A stretch of 64,000 bases of DNA from an uncultured virus (IMG/VR IMGVR_UViG_3300044796_000596) (taxonomy: Duplodnaviria > Heunggongvirae > Uroviricota > Caudoviricetes): IMG/VR virus record IMGVR_UViG_3300044796_000596; one strand, written 5' to 3'. Both the position numbers and the translations under genes were made by a program. Shown here piece by piece: positions 18,276-27,884 of the stretch. The stretch's first letter is position 1; each line of letters opens with the position of its first letter. A model generated the notes under the pieces. That model was not told the origin of the DNA, did not search any database, and was given only the letters and a program-made list of their open reading frames with translations.

Positions 18276-21200
18276 TTGGGACTCGCGCACGATCTCGCTG
18301 CGCAGTGCGGGCTCAAGCCGGGAACCGTCTCCTGGCGCCTCCGGCACGGCATGAGCCCCGAGGAGATCCTTGCGCGGCCGGCCCGCAAGCTCGGCATCCT
18401 GCCGAACGATCGCTTCGTTCACCTCACGGTGATCCGGCGATCGGGCACGACGAAGAACCGCAAAGCTCTTTTCCTCTGCCGTTGCGTCTGCGGGCGCGAG
18501 AAAGAAATCATCGGCAGCGACCTCAAGAGCGGCCGGACGACGTCGTGCGGTTGCGCCCATGCCGAAGGCTCCCGCATTCGCGCGGGGCTGCGTGCCGAGG
18601 ACCTGACCGGCAAGCGCTTCGGGGACGATGCGAACCCGGTCGTCGTAATTGGTCGGTCGTCCGGCGTCCGGCGCCGCAAGAACAACACGGTCGTGCGGCT
18701 CTGGCGTTGCCATTGTCCGTGCGGTCGTGGGTTCGACGCGAAGGCGTCCGCGCTCCGCATCGGGCAGGTGACCTCGTGCGGCTGCGGTCTCGTGCATGCC
18801 GCCCGGGTGCGCGCCGCCGCCGCTGCGCGCGCGACCCGCGTGGTCATCTCCGGCAAGGAGATGACGATCGTCGACATCGCAAACGTCGCTGGCGTCACGA
18901 CCGCGGCGATCCGCTACAGGCTCCGCGAGATCCGCAAGCAAGGTCTTTCGCCGATCGAAGCCCTCGGCCCGAGTCGGAAGCCGTACATGCGCCAGAGCCA
19001 AGCGCAGACGGCGCAGACGGCGCAGACGGCCGACGCCAGCGCAGCAAGCGCAGCCAACGACGTCGCCCCGCTCGAGAGGCGCGCGGACGTGCTCCCGGCG
19101 AGCGACGCCGGGAGGATGGCATCCGGGCCAGGAAAGGTGCACGATGGCGCTCCCGCTCGACGGGAAGAGGCGCCGCCGGTGGGGACGAGGAAGAAAACGA
19201 CGCCGAAGGCCCCTGAGAAGCCCCCTGAGAAGCCCCCTGAGAAGCCTAGAAAGGCCAGGAAGGCCAAGGAGGTCAGAAAGTTCGCGGACATCGAGCCCGA
19301 GGAGGACCTCGACACCATCCTCCGGTACCTGCGCGGCGATTCCACCGAGCCCGCGGCGACTCGGCCCGCGGCGGCCCGACCCGCGATCGTCACCACCAAG
19401 CCCGCTGCCGCTTCCCAAGCTTCCCAAGCAGAGAAGGACCCCGACTCAAGCGACGACGACGACGACCCGATCGACGAGGCTTCCGAGGCTTCCGAGGCTT
19501 CCGAGGCTTCCGAGGCGAAGGGACCGAAGCTCAAGCGGGAGGCGGGCGTCGACCTCGGGAGCGACCCCATGCTCGGGCGCTACTTCCGGGACGTCGCGCG
19601 CTACCCGCTCCTGGGTCTCGAGGATGAAATCGCGGCGGCGCGTGCTGTCGAGGAAGGCGAGATCGAGCACTGGGTCGCGCTGCTCGCTCACCTCCCCGTC
19701 GCCGAGTCGATCCTCCTCGCGCTCGACAAGCAGGTGACCGCGCGGATGAGCAAGGCCGCCGTCGCGGCGCAGGCGCAGGCCGACGACGCACAGCCCGGCG
19801 ACGATGCGCCGACCGAAGACGGGGACGACACACCCGATCCTGAGTCCACGGAGTCCACGGAGTCCACGGAGTCCACGGATTCCTTGACGCTCGGCCAGCG
19901 CGCCGACGAAGCCCTTGTTGCGGTCCGGACGGTCCTCGTCGACGCGCTTGCGATCACGCGCGGGGCGACGTCGACCGCACCAAGCACGCATCCAGGAAAG
20001 ACCAGCAAGCCCGGCAAGGCCGGCAAGGCCGGCAAGGCCGGCAAGGCCGGCAAGGAGCGCGCGCGGTACGACACGCTGTGCGGAGACCTCGGTCGCCTTC
20101 TTCGGCCCCATGACTACGAGCGCAAGTGGATGACCGCCGCGCGTCAGCTTGCGCAGCAGCTTGCGCGTCAGCTTGCGCAGCAGCTTGCGCGTCAGCTTGC
20201 GCAGCAGACCGCAGACGAAGATCGAACCCTCGCCGGCTACCTGGAGCGCATCGAGACGACCTTCAAGGCGCAGCAGGAAGCGAAGAAGCTCTTCACCAAC
20301 GCGAATCTTCGCCTCGTCGTGTCGATCGCGCGTCGCTACAACGGGGGCGGCCTCCCTCTCCTCGATCTCATCCAAGAGGGGACATTCGGGCTCATGCGAG
20401 CCGTCGATCGGTACGACCGCAACCGCGGATTTCGCTTCTCGACGTACGCCACGTGGTGGATCAAGCAGGCCGTCAGCCGGTCGCTCGACGACAAGGCCAC
20501 GGCGGTGCGCGTTCCGGTGCATCTCCGCGATGTCGGCAAGAAGGTCCACCGGACGATGGCGTCGTTTACGGCGCGCATGGGCCGGAAACCGACCGACGAG
20601 GAGATCCAGGAAGAGACCGGCGTCTCGCTGGAGAAACTCGCAAAAATCCGCGAGATCCACACGGGCCAGGCATCCTCGCTCGACGCACCGCTGGGCGACG
20701 AGGATGGCCGGACGCACCTCGACATCCTCACGGACGGGACGTCCTCACCCGAAGAGCAGATGCACGAGGAGACGACCGCCGCGAGAGTGCGCAAGCTCCT
20801 CAAGCGTCTTCCCCCGCAGCAGGCATCCATTCTCGCGAAGCGATTCGGGATCGACACCGACGAGCTCACGCTCAAGCAGGTGGGCAGCGAGTACAACGTG
20901 ACGCGCGAGCGGATCCGACAAATCCAGGAGAAGGCGCTCGGAAATCTCCGCAAGGTGTTCAAGTACGAGGACGCCCAGTACGGTCCGCGCCGCACGGAGG
21001 CCGCCGAGGGCAACCCTCCGAACAACCGGCCGAAGCCCGCGCCCGCGCATGGACTGCCCGTGCCGCCCGTGCCGCCCGTGCCGCCCGTGCCCAAGCGCGA
21101 TCCCAAGGATCCCTTGGATCCCAAAAATCCCAAGGACGCACTGCTGAGCTCTCTGCTGGAAAACGTGCAGCCCTTGGCCCGGGCGCCAGTGACCTACACG

Positions 21201-21908
21201 GCTGAGGCGCTGATCGACCGAATCCGGCGAGTGCACCCTTGGGCGACGGGACTCGAGAACGTCACGGACGAGCGCTTCGCGACGCTGCCTCCCGCCCTTC
21301 ATCGGGCGCTCGTCGCGCTCTACCTCGACCCCGACGGACCCAAGGATGTGCCCCTCGCAGCCGTGGATCTGCGGATCCTCCCCGTGTCGCTCGCGTCCTT
21401 GCGGAGCAAAGCGTTCACGCGCCTCGACGTCTCTATCCAACGGCCCGCGGACACGGCGGAACCGCGCGAAGCTGCACAGCGAAAGGCATCACGACAGGCC
21501 GAGCGCAAGACCCTGGAAGACCTCGATTTCAAGGCGTGGCGCGAGCGAACGTCCCGCGCGCAGCCCCACCTGCCTGCCCTCGTGCCTGCCCTCGTGCCTG
21601 CCTCCGTGCCTGCCTCCGTGCCTGCCTCCGAGCTGACGCCGAGCGCCGTCGCCGCGAATTTTCGCAGGGCTCGAGAGCGGCGCGCCGCCGAGGCTCAGAG
21701 CCTGACCGATCAACCTGCCGATCAACCTGCCGATCAACCTGCCGATCAACCTGCCGATCGCCCCGTCGGTCCGGAGAAACGCGGCGTTCCGGACGATCCT
21801 GTGCCCTCGCGCTGGCGCCCGCCCTCCCTCGCCTCGCTCCCGGCCTCTCCCCGCAATGTCCAGGAGGTACTGCACGCTCGACGCGACGGCGGCTCAAGAA
21901 ACCGCTAG
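18276..21908 (+). CDS. RpoD-like sigma-70 factor with N-terminal phage CxCG...TSCGC repeats and HTHs (start approximate)
   Basis: Region 1.2 (YFRDVARYPLL..EDE), region 2 (NLRLVVSIARRY...DLIQEG..GLMRAVDRYD..RGFRFSTYATWWIKQA), region 3, region 4 (TLKQVGSEYNVTRERIRQIQEKAL); TTG after a purine-rich leader. Confidence 0.85.
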   Translation: MGLAHDLAAQCGLKPGTVSWRLRHGMSPEEILARPARKLGILPNDRFVHLTVIRRSGTTKNRKALFLCRCVCGREKEIIGSDLKSGRTTSCGCAHAEGSRIRAGLRAEDLTGKRFGDDANPVVVIGRSSGVRRRKNNTVVRLWRCHCPCGRGFDAKASALRIGQVTSCGCGLVHAARVRAAAAARATRVVISGKEMTIVDIANVAGVTTAAIRYRLREIRKQGLSPIEALGPSRKPYMRQSQAQTAQTAQTADASAASAANDVAPLERRADVLPASDAGRMASGPGKVHDGAPARREEAPPVGTRKKTTPKAPEKPPEKPPEKPRKARKAKEVRKFADIEPEEDLDTILRYLRGDSTEPAATRPAAARPAIVTTKPAAASQASQAEKDPDSSDDDDDPIDEASEASEASEASEAKGPKLKREAGVDLGSDPMLGRYFRDVARYPLLGLEDEIAAARAVEEGEIEHWVALLAHLPVAESILLALDKQVTARMSKAAVAAQAQADDAQPGDDAPTEDGDDTPDPESTESTESTESTDSLTLGQRADEALVAVRTVLVDALAITRGATSTAPSTHPGKTSKPGKAGKAGKAGKAGKERARYDTLCGDLGRLLRPHDYERKWMTAARQLAQQLARQLAQQLARQLAQQTADEDRTLAGYLERIETTFKAQQEAKKLFTNANLRLVVSIARRYNGGGLPLLDLIQEGTFGLMRAVDRYDRNRGFRFSTYATWWIKQAVSRSLDDKATAVRVPVHLRDVGKKVHRTMASFTARMGRKPTDEEIQEETGVSLEKLAKIREIHTGQASSLDAPLGDEDGRTHLDILTDGTSSPEEQMHEETTAARVRKLLKRLPPQQASILAKRFGIDTDELTLKQVGSEYNVTRERIRQIQEKALGNLRKVFKYEDAQYGPRRTEAAEGNPPNNRPKPAPAHGLPVPPVPPVPPVPKRDPKDPLDPKNPKDALLSSLLENVQPLARAPVTYTAEALIDRIRRVHPWATGLENVTDERFATLPPALHRALVALYLDPDGPKDVPLAAVDLRILPVSLASLRSKAFTRLDVSIQRPADTAEPREAAQRKASRQAERKTLEDLDFKAWRERTSRAQPHLPALVPALVPASVPASVPASELTPSAVAANFRRARERRAAEAQSLTDQPADQPADQPADQPADRPVGPEKRGVPDDPVPSRWRPPSLASLPASPRNVQEVLHARRDGGSRNR

Positions 21909-21917
21909 AATGCCTCC

Positions 21918-23522
21918 GTGAATTGCGCGCCGAGCGCGCGACTCGGACCGGACATGTCCCCGCCGCGTGCACTGAAGCCGAAATCGAAATCGAAATCCAT
22001 CGCGCAGGCGAAGCCATCTGCGCCGCCTGTTCCGCCGCCGATCCGTCTGCCGATCCGTCCGCCGATCCGTCCGCCGATCCCTCCGCCTGTCGCCGTCCGG
22101 ACGATCCCGAACGAGACCCCGAAGATCCCGAAGGTCCCGAAGGTTTCGGCCATTCAGACGCGGCCGATCGCGCGCACGCTCTCGGCCAGGCCGTCGTTCC
22201 GCCGGCTCTCGGCCGAGGAGGAAGCCGCTCTCATTCTGCAGTACCAAGAAGGCAACGAACGCGATCGCAGCGAGGCGGGTCGCATCCTCCTCGAAGCCTA
22301 CGACGCGTTCATGTGGAAGATGGCGATCAAGCTCCGCGGGCGAGGGCTCGACGACGAGGACCTCGTCCAAGAGGCCCGCATCGGGTTCTTGAAGGCCGTC
22401 GACCATTTCGATCCGAGCCACGGCTGCAAGCTCATCACCTACGCCCACTACTGGTCGCAGCAGGTCCCCCGCATCGCGATCATGAACACGGGCGGCACGG
22501 TGCGGTTGCCATCGCACGTGCACGAGAGCCTCGCGCAGGGCTACCAGCGGGGCATCGACACCGCGCAGGGCTTCGCCGACGCCGGGCTCCTCCCCGAGGC
22601 GCACGTGATGGTCGCCCTGGAGGCGAAGCACCATCCCTTGAGCCTCGATGCGCCCCGGCACGTCGAAGGGGAGCACTCGCTGGCCGACACGCTCGCGAGC
22701 TCCGACCCGGATCCCGAGGAGCAGGTCTCTCTTGAGCAACGTCGTCGCTACGCACAGAAACAAGCGGAGGCTTTGCTCGCGACCTTGACCCCGCGCGAAC
22801 GGGATGTGCTCATCGCGCGCCTCGCGCCGCCCGACGGCGTCGCGGAGACGCTCGACGCTCTTGGCGAGCGCTGCGACATCACGCGCGAGCGGATCCGTCA
22901 GATCCAGAACACCGCGATCACCAAGATCCGTACCAACGCGAGGCGCCTCGCGATGGTGGATCCCGACGGATGGGCCGAGCTACTGGCGCGCACGCCGCCC
23001 GTTACACGCCATCGCGCGAAGTCTGCCCCGCCCGACGAATCCTTCGGACCATCCTCCGGACCATCCTCCGAGCCGATCTCCGAGCCGGTCTCCGAGCCGG
23101 TCTCCGAGCCGGAGTCCTCGACCGACGACCGCATCGCGCACCACTCGTGCATTCTCGGCCGAAAAAAGACGCTGCGGCTCATCTACGACGGGAAGCTGCC
23201 CGCAGAGCGCGTCGGGCGCGCCTACCTCGTTCGCCGTGTGGATCTCGACGCGTACCTCGCGGCTCAACTCGCTGCTCAGATCGCCGCTCAACTCGCGGCT
23301 CAGATCGCGCCCACCACCACGCCGAAGTCCACGACCCGAACCGAGATCCTGTGCGGGGTCTGCGGCGACGTCGTCCCGCAGAAGCGCCAGCAAGGCCGCC
23401 CGGCGCGATTCTGCGAGCCACCGAAGCCCTGTCGTGCCGAAGCTCTCCGAAAGAGCAACAACCGCGCGAACCAAGAGAGAAGGGCCGCGCTCAAACGCGC
23501 TCGCCTCGCGCCCGCCCGCTAG
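21918..23522 (+). CDS. second sigma-70 factor fused to an excisionase-like HTH and a Zn ribbon
   Basis: DLVQEARIGFLKAVDHFD...ITYAHYW; TRERIRQIQ; IYDGKLPAERVGRAYLVRRVDLDAYL; CGVCG...FC...CR; TAGAAT 6 nt before the GTG. Confidence 0.85.
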   Translation: MNCAPSARLGPDMSPPRALKPKSKSKSIAQAKPSAPPVPPPIRLPIRPPIRPPIPPPVAVRTIPNETPKIPKVPKVSAIQTRPIARTLSARPSFRRLSAEEEAALILQYQEGNERDRSEAGRILLEAYDAFMWKMAIKLRGRGLDDEDLVQEARIGFLKAVDHFDPSHGCKLITYAHYWSQQVPRIAIMNTGGTVRLPSHVHESLAQGYQRGIDTAQGFADAGLLPEAHVMVALEAKHHPLSLDAPRHVEGEHSLADTLASSDPDPEEQVSLEQRRRYAQKQAEALLATLTPRERDVLIARLAPPDGVAETLDALGERCDITRERIRQIQNTAITKIRTNARRLAMVDPDGWAELLARTPPVTRHRAKSAPPDESFGPSSGPSSEPISEPVSEPVSEPESSTDDRIAHHSCILGRKKTLRLIYDGKLPAERVGRAYLVRRVDLDAYLAAQLAAQIAAQLAAQIAPTTTPKSTTRTEILCGVCGDVVPQKRQQGRPARFCEPPKPCRAEALRKSNNRANQERRAALKRARLAPAR

Positions 23523-23643
23523 CGCAGGTCCAAGCGCCGCCTCGATCGGAGACGCCGCGTGGGCTTCGTGCTCGCGCTGGACCGCGTTCGCCCAGGCCGC
23601 GACGTCGGATGCCGCCATGGCGTCGATCGTATCAGAACCGCGT

Positions 23644-24513
23644 TCAGAACCGCAGCCCGAGCCAGCGCGGCCCGATCACGTCCTGCATCGGATGGAGGTA
23701 CGCCTCGCCGTTCGCGCGGACGAGCGGCTTCTGGAGGATTTGCTGCGGCCACGGATGCGCCGCGAGGTTCGGGAACGCCTGGCGGTTCGCGGCGAGCGTC
23801 ACCACGTCCTCGTCCGTCAGGATCCCCGGGTCGTCCGACTCCGTGAGACCCAGCGACCAGTGCGCGCGGTTGTAGCCCATGATCGACGCGCCGGCCTTCA
23901 TATCCTGCCCGTGCTGGTTCGCGTGCGCGAGCCCGAAGGCGTGCCCGATTTCGTGGATCAACGTCGACTGGAAGTGCTTGCCGTCGAGCAGATTGTTGAA
24001 CTCCATCTGGACGAAGCCACCTCCCGATCCGGGAGGTCCGTTGAACGTCCGGCCGCCGCCGAAGCACTTCACGCCGTTCTGACCGCAGGGTCGGTCGGGG
24101 TTCCGGATGACGAGCGCGACGAAGACCCGCCGAGACGTGTTCCGATCGTCGTTCCGCCAGGCAAGCAGATCCCGCGCCATCGCGTGCGCGCTATCCGGAA
24201 CGGACGCCTCCAGTTCCTGGGTCGTGAGCCGCGATCGGTAGGTGATCGGCCGCTCGATGGCGTAGGCGAAGGTGTCGATGCCGTTCAGCATCGTGCGGTA
24301 GCGGGCCTGCGCGAGCGCGAGGTGCGCCGCCATGAGCCCTGTCGCGCTGGCTTCGATCGCCGGGTCGAGGGCCGCCACGTCGCGGGGCAAGTAGAAGACG
24401 GGCGTGACGACGATGCGCTCGCCGATGCGCTGATGGTCGCGCTGGTGGTCGCGCTGGTGGTCGCGCTGGTGGTCGCGCGAGGGGTCGCGCGAGGGGTCGC
24501 GAGGCGCGGACAT
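23644..24513 (-). CDS. metzincin-type metallopeptidase
   Basis: HEIGHAFGLAH plus Met-turn SIMGY. Confidence 0.8.
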   Translation of the reverse strand: MSAPRDPSRDPSRDHQRDHQRDHQRDHQRIGERIVVTPVFYLPRDVAALDPAIEASATGLMAAHLALAQARYRTMLNGIDTFAYAIERPITYRSRLTTQELEASVPDSAHAMARDLLAWRNDDRNTSRRVFVALVIRNPDRPCGQNGVKCFGGGRTFNGPPGSGGGFVQMEFNNLLDGKHFQSTLIHEIGHAFGLAHANQHGQDMKAGASIMGYNRAHWSLGLTESDDPGILTDEDVVTLAANRQAFPNLAAHPWPQQILQKPLVRANGEAYLHPMQDVIGPRWLGLRF

Positions 24514-25028
24514 CAGACGCGCGCCGGAGCGTGGGCCGGGTGGTAGTGGCGCTCCGTGCCGCCCGTCTGGAACGTCAGCGGGTGCCCTGCGATGGGCTTG
24601 TCACACGCCGCGCAGGCGACGCTTCGGGCGCGCGTGCCGGGGTGCAGAAGTTCCTCGTAGGCGGCGGCGTTCAGGTGGGGCCTCGACGCCTCGACGCGCT
24701 CCGCGCGCGTGAAGTAGACAGACTTCCGGATGGTGTCCGCGTGCGAGCGACGCGCGCGGATCGCAAGGATCGACGCGTAGGAGATGTACTCCGACGTGGA
24801 CAGCCACGTCGGGTCCGTGAGCACCGACGCGAAGAACGCGAGCGCGCGGTTCTTCTCGTGCGCCCCGAACGTCTTCTCGTTCGGCACCTTGAGAATCTGA
24901 CCCGGCCTCGCGGCCGCGCGCGCGCCGTAGCCATCGGCAAGCAGTTCGGGGTGGTCGACCGTCGTCGAGTAGAACACCCGGTAGCCGACGATCGGGCCGT
25001 ACTCCTTGGTGGTGAAGCGGATGCCCAT
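24513..25028 (-). CDS. hypothetical protein with C-terminal CxxC-YHPxH tag
   Basis: Ends CAACDKPIAGHPLTFQTGGTERHYHPAHAPARV. Confidence 0.7.
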   Translation of the reverse strand: MGIRFTTKEYGPIVGYRVFYSTTVDHPELLADGYGARAAARPGQILKVPNEKTFGAHEKNRALAFFASVLTDPTWLSTSEYISYASILAIRARRSHADTIRKSVYFTRAERVEASRPHLNAAAYEELLHPGTRARSVACAACDKPIAGHPLTFQTGGTERHYHPAHAPARV

Positions 25029-25078
25029 GCCGCGAGATCGTATCGCCCACGGGCGCGACCCGCTAGTTCCACGTGGCC

Positions 25079-26428
25079 TCAGCGCTTTGCGCTCACCCGG
25101 TCCGCGAGCGCGAACACCATCTCAAGGGCCTGCCGGTAGTTCAGGCGTGGATCGCAGAGGCTCTCGTACCGGCGGCTGAGTTCGTCCTCCGTGATGCCGC
25201 CCCCGGTGCACTCGGTGACGTCCTCGCCCGTCAGCTCGAAGTGCACGCCGCCGAGGCGCGAGCCCTCTGCGGCGTGGACGTCGAAGCTCGTCTCGACCTC
25301 GCGCAGCACGTCCGCGAAGCTCCGCGTCTTGATCCCGCGTGCGGTGCATTGGGTGTTGCCGTGCATCGGGTCGCACACCCACAGCACCCGCCGCCCGAGC
25401 GCGTTGACCCCGCGGACGAGGGAGGGGAGCTTCTCGGCGACGTGCGCCGCGCCAACGCGCGTGATGAGGACGATCTTGCCGGGCGCGTCGCGCGGGTTGA
25501 GCTGCTCGAGCAAGCGGGCGACATCGGACGGCTCGGCCTTTGGCCCGAGCTTGACCCCGATCGGGTTCTCGACGCCCGCGAAGAAGGCGACGTGCGCGCC
25601 CGAGGGGTCGCGCGTGCGCTCGCCGATCCAGGGTAGGTGCGTCGTGAGGTCGTAGTAGCCCGGGAGGTGCGCGACGCGCTGGGTCTGCGCCGCTTCGTAG
25701 GGCAAGTGCAGCCCCTCGTGGCTCGTGAAGAACTCGACGCGCGTGAGGTCGTCGATGCTCGACTGCGTGACGGCTTGCATGAAGCGGAGCGCGTCGGCGA
25801 TGCGCTCGCTCGTGCGCACGTAGCTCGCGCGTAGATCCTCGGGCAGATCCGCCCGCGCGAAGAACGAGAGATCCCAGCGCTCCGGGTGGTGCAGGTCGGC
25901 GAATCCGCCCGCCGAGAGCGACCGGATGAAGTTCAGCGTCAGCGCCGCGTGGTGGTACGCACGGAGCAGCAACTCGGGCGCGGCGCGGCGCCGGTCCGGC
26001 GTGAACTCGGGGTGGTTCACGAGGTCGCCGAAGTACGAAGGCAGGGTGATGTCGCCGCGCGTCTCCGTGGCCTTGCTCCGCGGCTTCGCGTACTGCCCCG
26101 CGAGGCGCCCGACCCGGATGACGGGAAGCTTCCCGGCGTGGATGAGCACGAGCGACATCTGCAGCAGGATCTTGAGCTGGTTGGTGATCACGCCGGGGCG
26201 ACAGTCGTCGATGCTCTCGGCGCAGTCGCCACCCTGGAGGAGGAACCGGCGCCCTTCCTGCGCGTCGGCGATCTGGCGCTTCAGGCGCTCGACCTCCCAC
26301 GCCGTCACGAGCGGCGGGAGGGAGCGCAGATGGGCGCACGCGCGCGCCAACGCGTCCGCGTCCTCATAGACCACGGCGTGCGCGTTCGGGCGCGAGGCCC
26401 ATGCGTCCGGCGACCATTCGGGGTTCAC
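25079..26428 (-). CDS. class II DAHP synthase (3-deoxy-7-phosphoheptulonate synthase)
   Basis: LLQGGDCAES, GRLAGQYAKPRS, FFTSHEGL, WIGERTR, CDPMHGNT, Y.SLCDPRLN motifs. Confidence 0.95.
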   Translation of the reverse strand: MNPEWSPDAWASRPNAHAVVYEDADALARACAHLRSLPPLVTAWEVERLKRQIADAQEGRRFLLQGGDCAESIDDCRPGVITNQLKILLQMSLVLIHAGKLPVIRVGRLAGQYAKPRSKATETRGDITLPSYFGDLVNHPEFTPDRRRAAPELLLRAYHHAALTLNFIRSLSAGGFADLHHPERWDLSFFARADLPEDLRASYVRTSERIADALRFMQAVTQSSIDDLTRVEFFTSHEGLHLPYEAAQTQRVAHLPGYYDLTTHLPWIGERTRDPSGAHVAFFAGVENPIGVKLGPKAEPSDVARLLEQLNPRDAPGKIVLITRVGAAHVAEKLPSLVRGVNALGRRVLWVCDPMHGNTQCTARGIKTRSFADVLREVETSFDVHAAEGSRLGGVHFELTGEDVTECTGGGITEDELSRRYESLCDPRLNYRQALEMVFALADRVSAKR

Positions 26429-26447
26429 CGGAGCTACCCTCCTACCC

Positions 26448-27884
26448 CTACGACCATTTGCCCTCGGCCGTCTCGACAAGCGCATTGAGCGTCTCGCCGT
26501 AGCGGTCGGCCGCCTTTCGGACCTGCCGTTCCTTCCTCGCCATCGCCTTCAGCGGGAGCAGATCCTCGGTGACCTTGATGTGCTTCCCTTCCCGAACGAC
26601 GCTAGGAATCCCGTCGATCCCGTCGATCTCAAGGAGGTCGTGCCACCTTTCCTCGTCCGGCGCGTCGTAGATGTCCTCGCCATTGTCCCGCGCCATCTGG
26701 AGCGCGATCTCGGTCACGAAGGCCGCGAACGGCCGGTCGTAGTCGATCCGGTAAAGAAACGTCCCGACGCGCGGCGCGTCCCGGAAGAACCCGTAGCCGT
26801 GGATGTACGTCGCGTCCTGGTCTTCCAGGAACCGCTTGTCGTACACCACGAACGAGACGCCCTCCGGGTCGACGTACACGAGGATCTCCTTTGGCGCCTT
26901 GGCCTTGGGGACCTCCTCCGCGGGCGTGGGCGCGCGCTTCGCGACGCCGGCCAGGATGGCCTTCACACGGGCCTTGGAGAGCCTCCCCTCGCGGACCAGC
27001 GCCGAGTACCAGCCACGGGCGCCAAAGTCCCGCACGCGGTCGTTCCAGAGCGCCACGGCGTTGTCCTGGCCCTTCCGCGTGAAGCCCCCGCTCGTCATCG
27101 TCGGGTTTCGCTCGTACCAGAGCCAGCCGATGATCTTGCCGAGGCCCTTGCCGCGGTACTCCTGCGCCACCGTGAGCAGGGTCGCGCCCCACTCGTTCGA
27201 GGCGCGCGCGACCACGAGGCCGTCCCGGTTCACGATCGCGAGGTCGATGCCCTGCTCCGGCGTCTCTGCGCGCACCGTCATCGGCTCGCCCTTCACGACG
27301 ATCCGCTGGAGCACCACGGGGAAGCGCTCCTCGTTCGTCGCGGCGATCGACGTCATGATCGGCGTCATCTCGGAGAGGTACTTCACGCGCTGGAACGAGA
27401 CGATCCCGAGATCCTTCGGCTTCTGCCGGTTGTCGTAGATGTCGTAGACCACGCGCGGCAGGCTGTTCTTGAGGTGCGGCTTGTCGTAGTAGGCGACCCC
27501 ATCCCGCACGTACGCGATGAGCTTGCCCTCGCGCAGCATGCGCAGGCCACCGCGCACCTTCTGGACCGTCACCGCCTCGTCGGCGCGCCAGCCGGCGGTG
27601 CCCACCGTGCTCGCGTACTCCCGGTTCAACTGCGCAAGGTCGAAATCGTAGGAATCGGCGCCGTGCGACCTCCCCTCGGGGTTCCGGAAGTGCAGGAACT
27701 CGTCCCGCGTCATCAACCCGATCTCGGTCGGCGGAAACGAAGCGGGGGGTGGTCCTGCAACGCCAGCGACCGTCTCCGGCGCATGGCCCGGGTGGTAGCT
27801 CGTCTCGACGCCGCCCACCGTGAAGGTCACGGGCACGCCGCGGATCGCCTTGCCGCACGCCGCGCACGCCGCGCAGGTGCTCAC
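26448..27884 (-). CDS. CxxC-YHPxH-tagged protein with GNAT acetyltransferase-like domain
   Basis: N-terminal tag; LTVAQEYRGKGLGKII acetyl-CoA motif A; GTG overlapping the upstream stop. Confidence 0.7.
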   Translation of the reverse strand: MSTCAACAACGKAIRGVPVTFTVGGVETSYHPGHAPETVAGVAGPPPASFPPTEIGLMTRDEFLHFRNPEGRSHGADSYDFDLAQLNREYASTVGTAGWRADEAVTVQKVRGGLRMLREGKLIAYVRDGVAYYDKPHLKNSLPRVVYDIYDNRQKPKDLGIVSFQRVKYLSEMTPIMTSIAATNEERFPVVLQRIVVKGEPMTVRAETPEQGIDLAIVNRDGLVVARASNEWGATLLTVAQEYRGKGLGKIIGWLWYERNPTMTSGGFTRKGQDNAVALWNDRVRDFGARGWYSALVREGRLSKARVKAILAGVAKRAPTPAEEVPKAKAPKEILVYVDPEGVSFVVYDKRFLEDQDATYIHGYGFFRDAPRVGTFLYRIDYDRPFAAFVTEIALQMARDNGEDIYDAPDEERWHDLLEIDGIDGIPSVVREGKHIKVTEDLLPLKAMARKERQVRKAADRYGETLNALVETAEGKWS

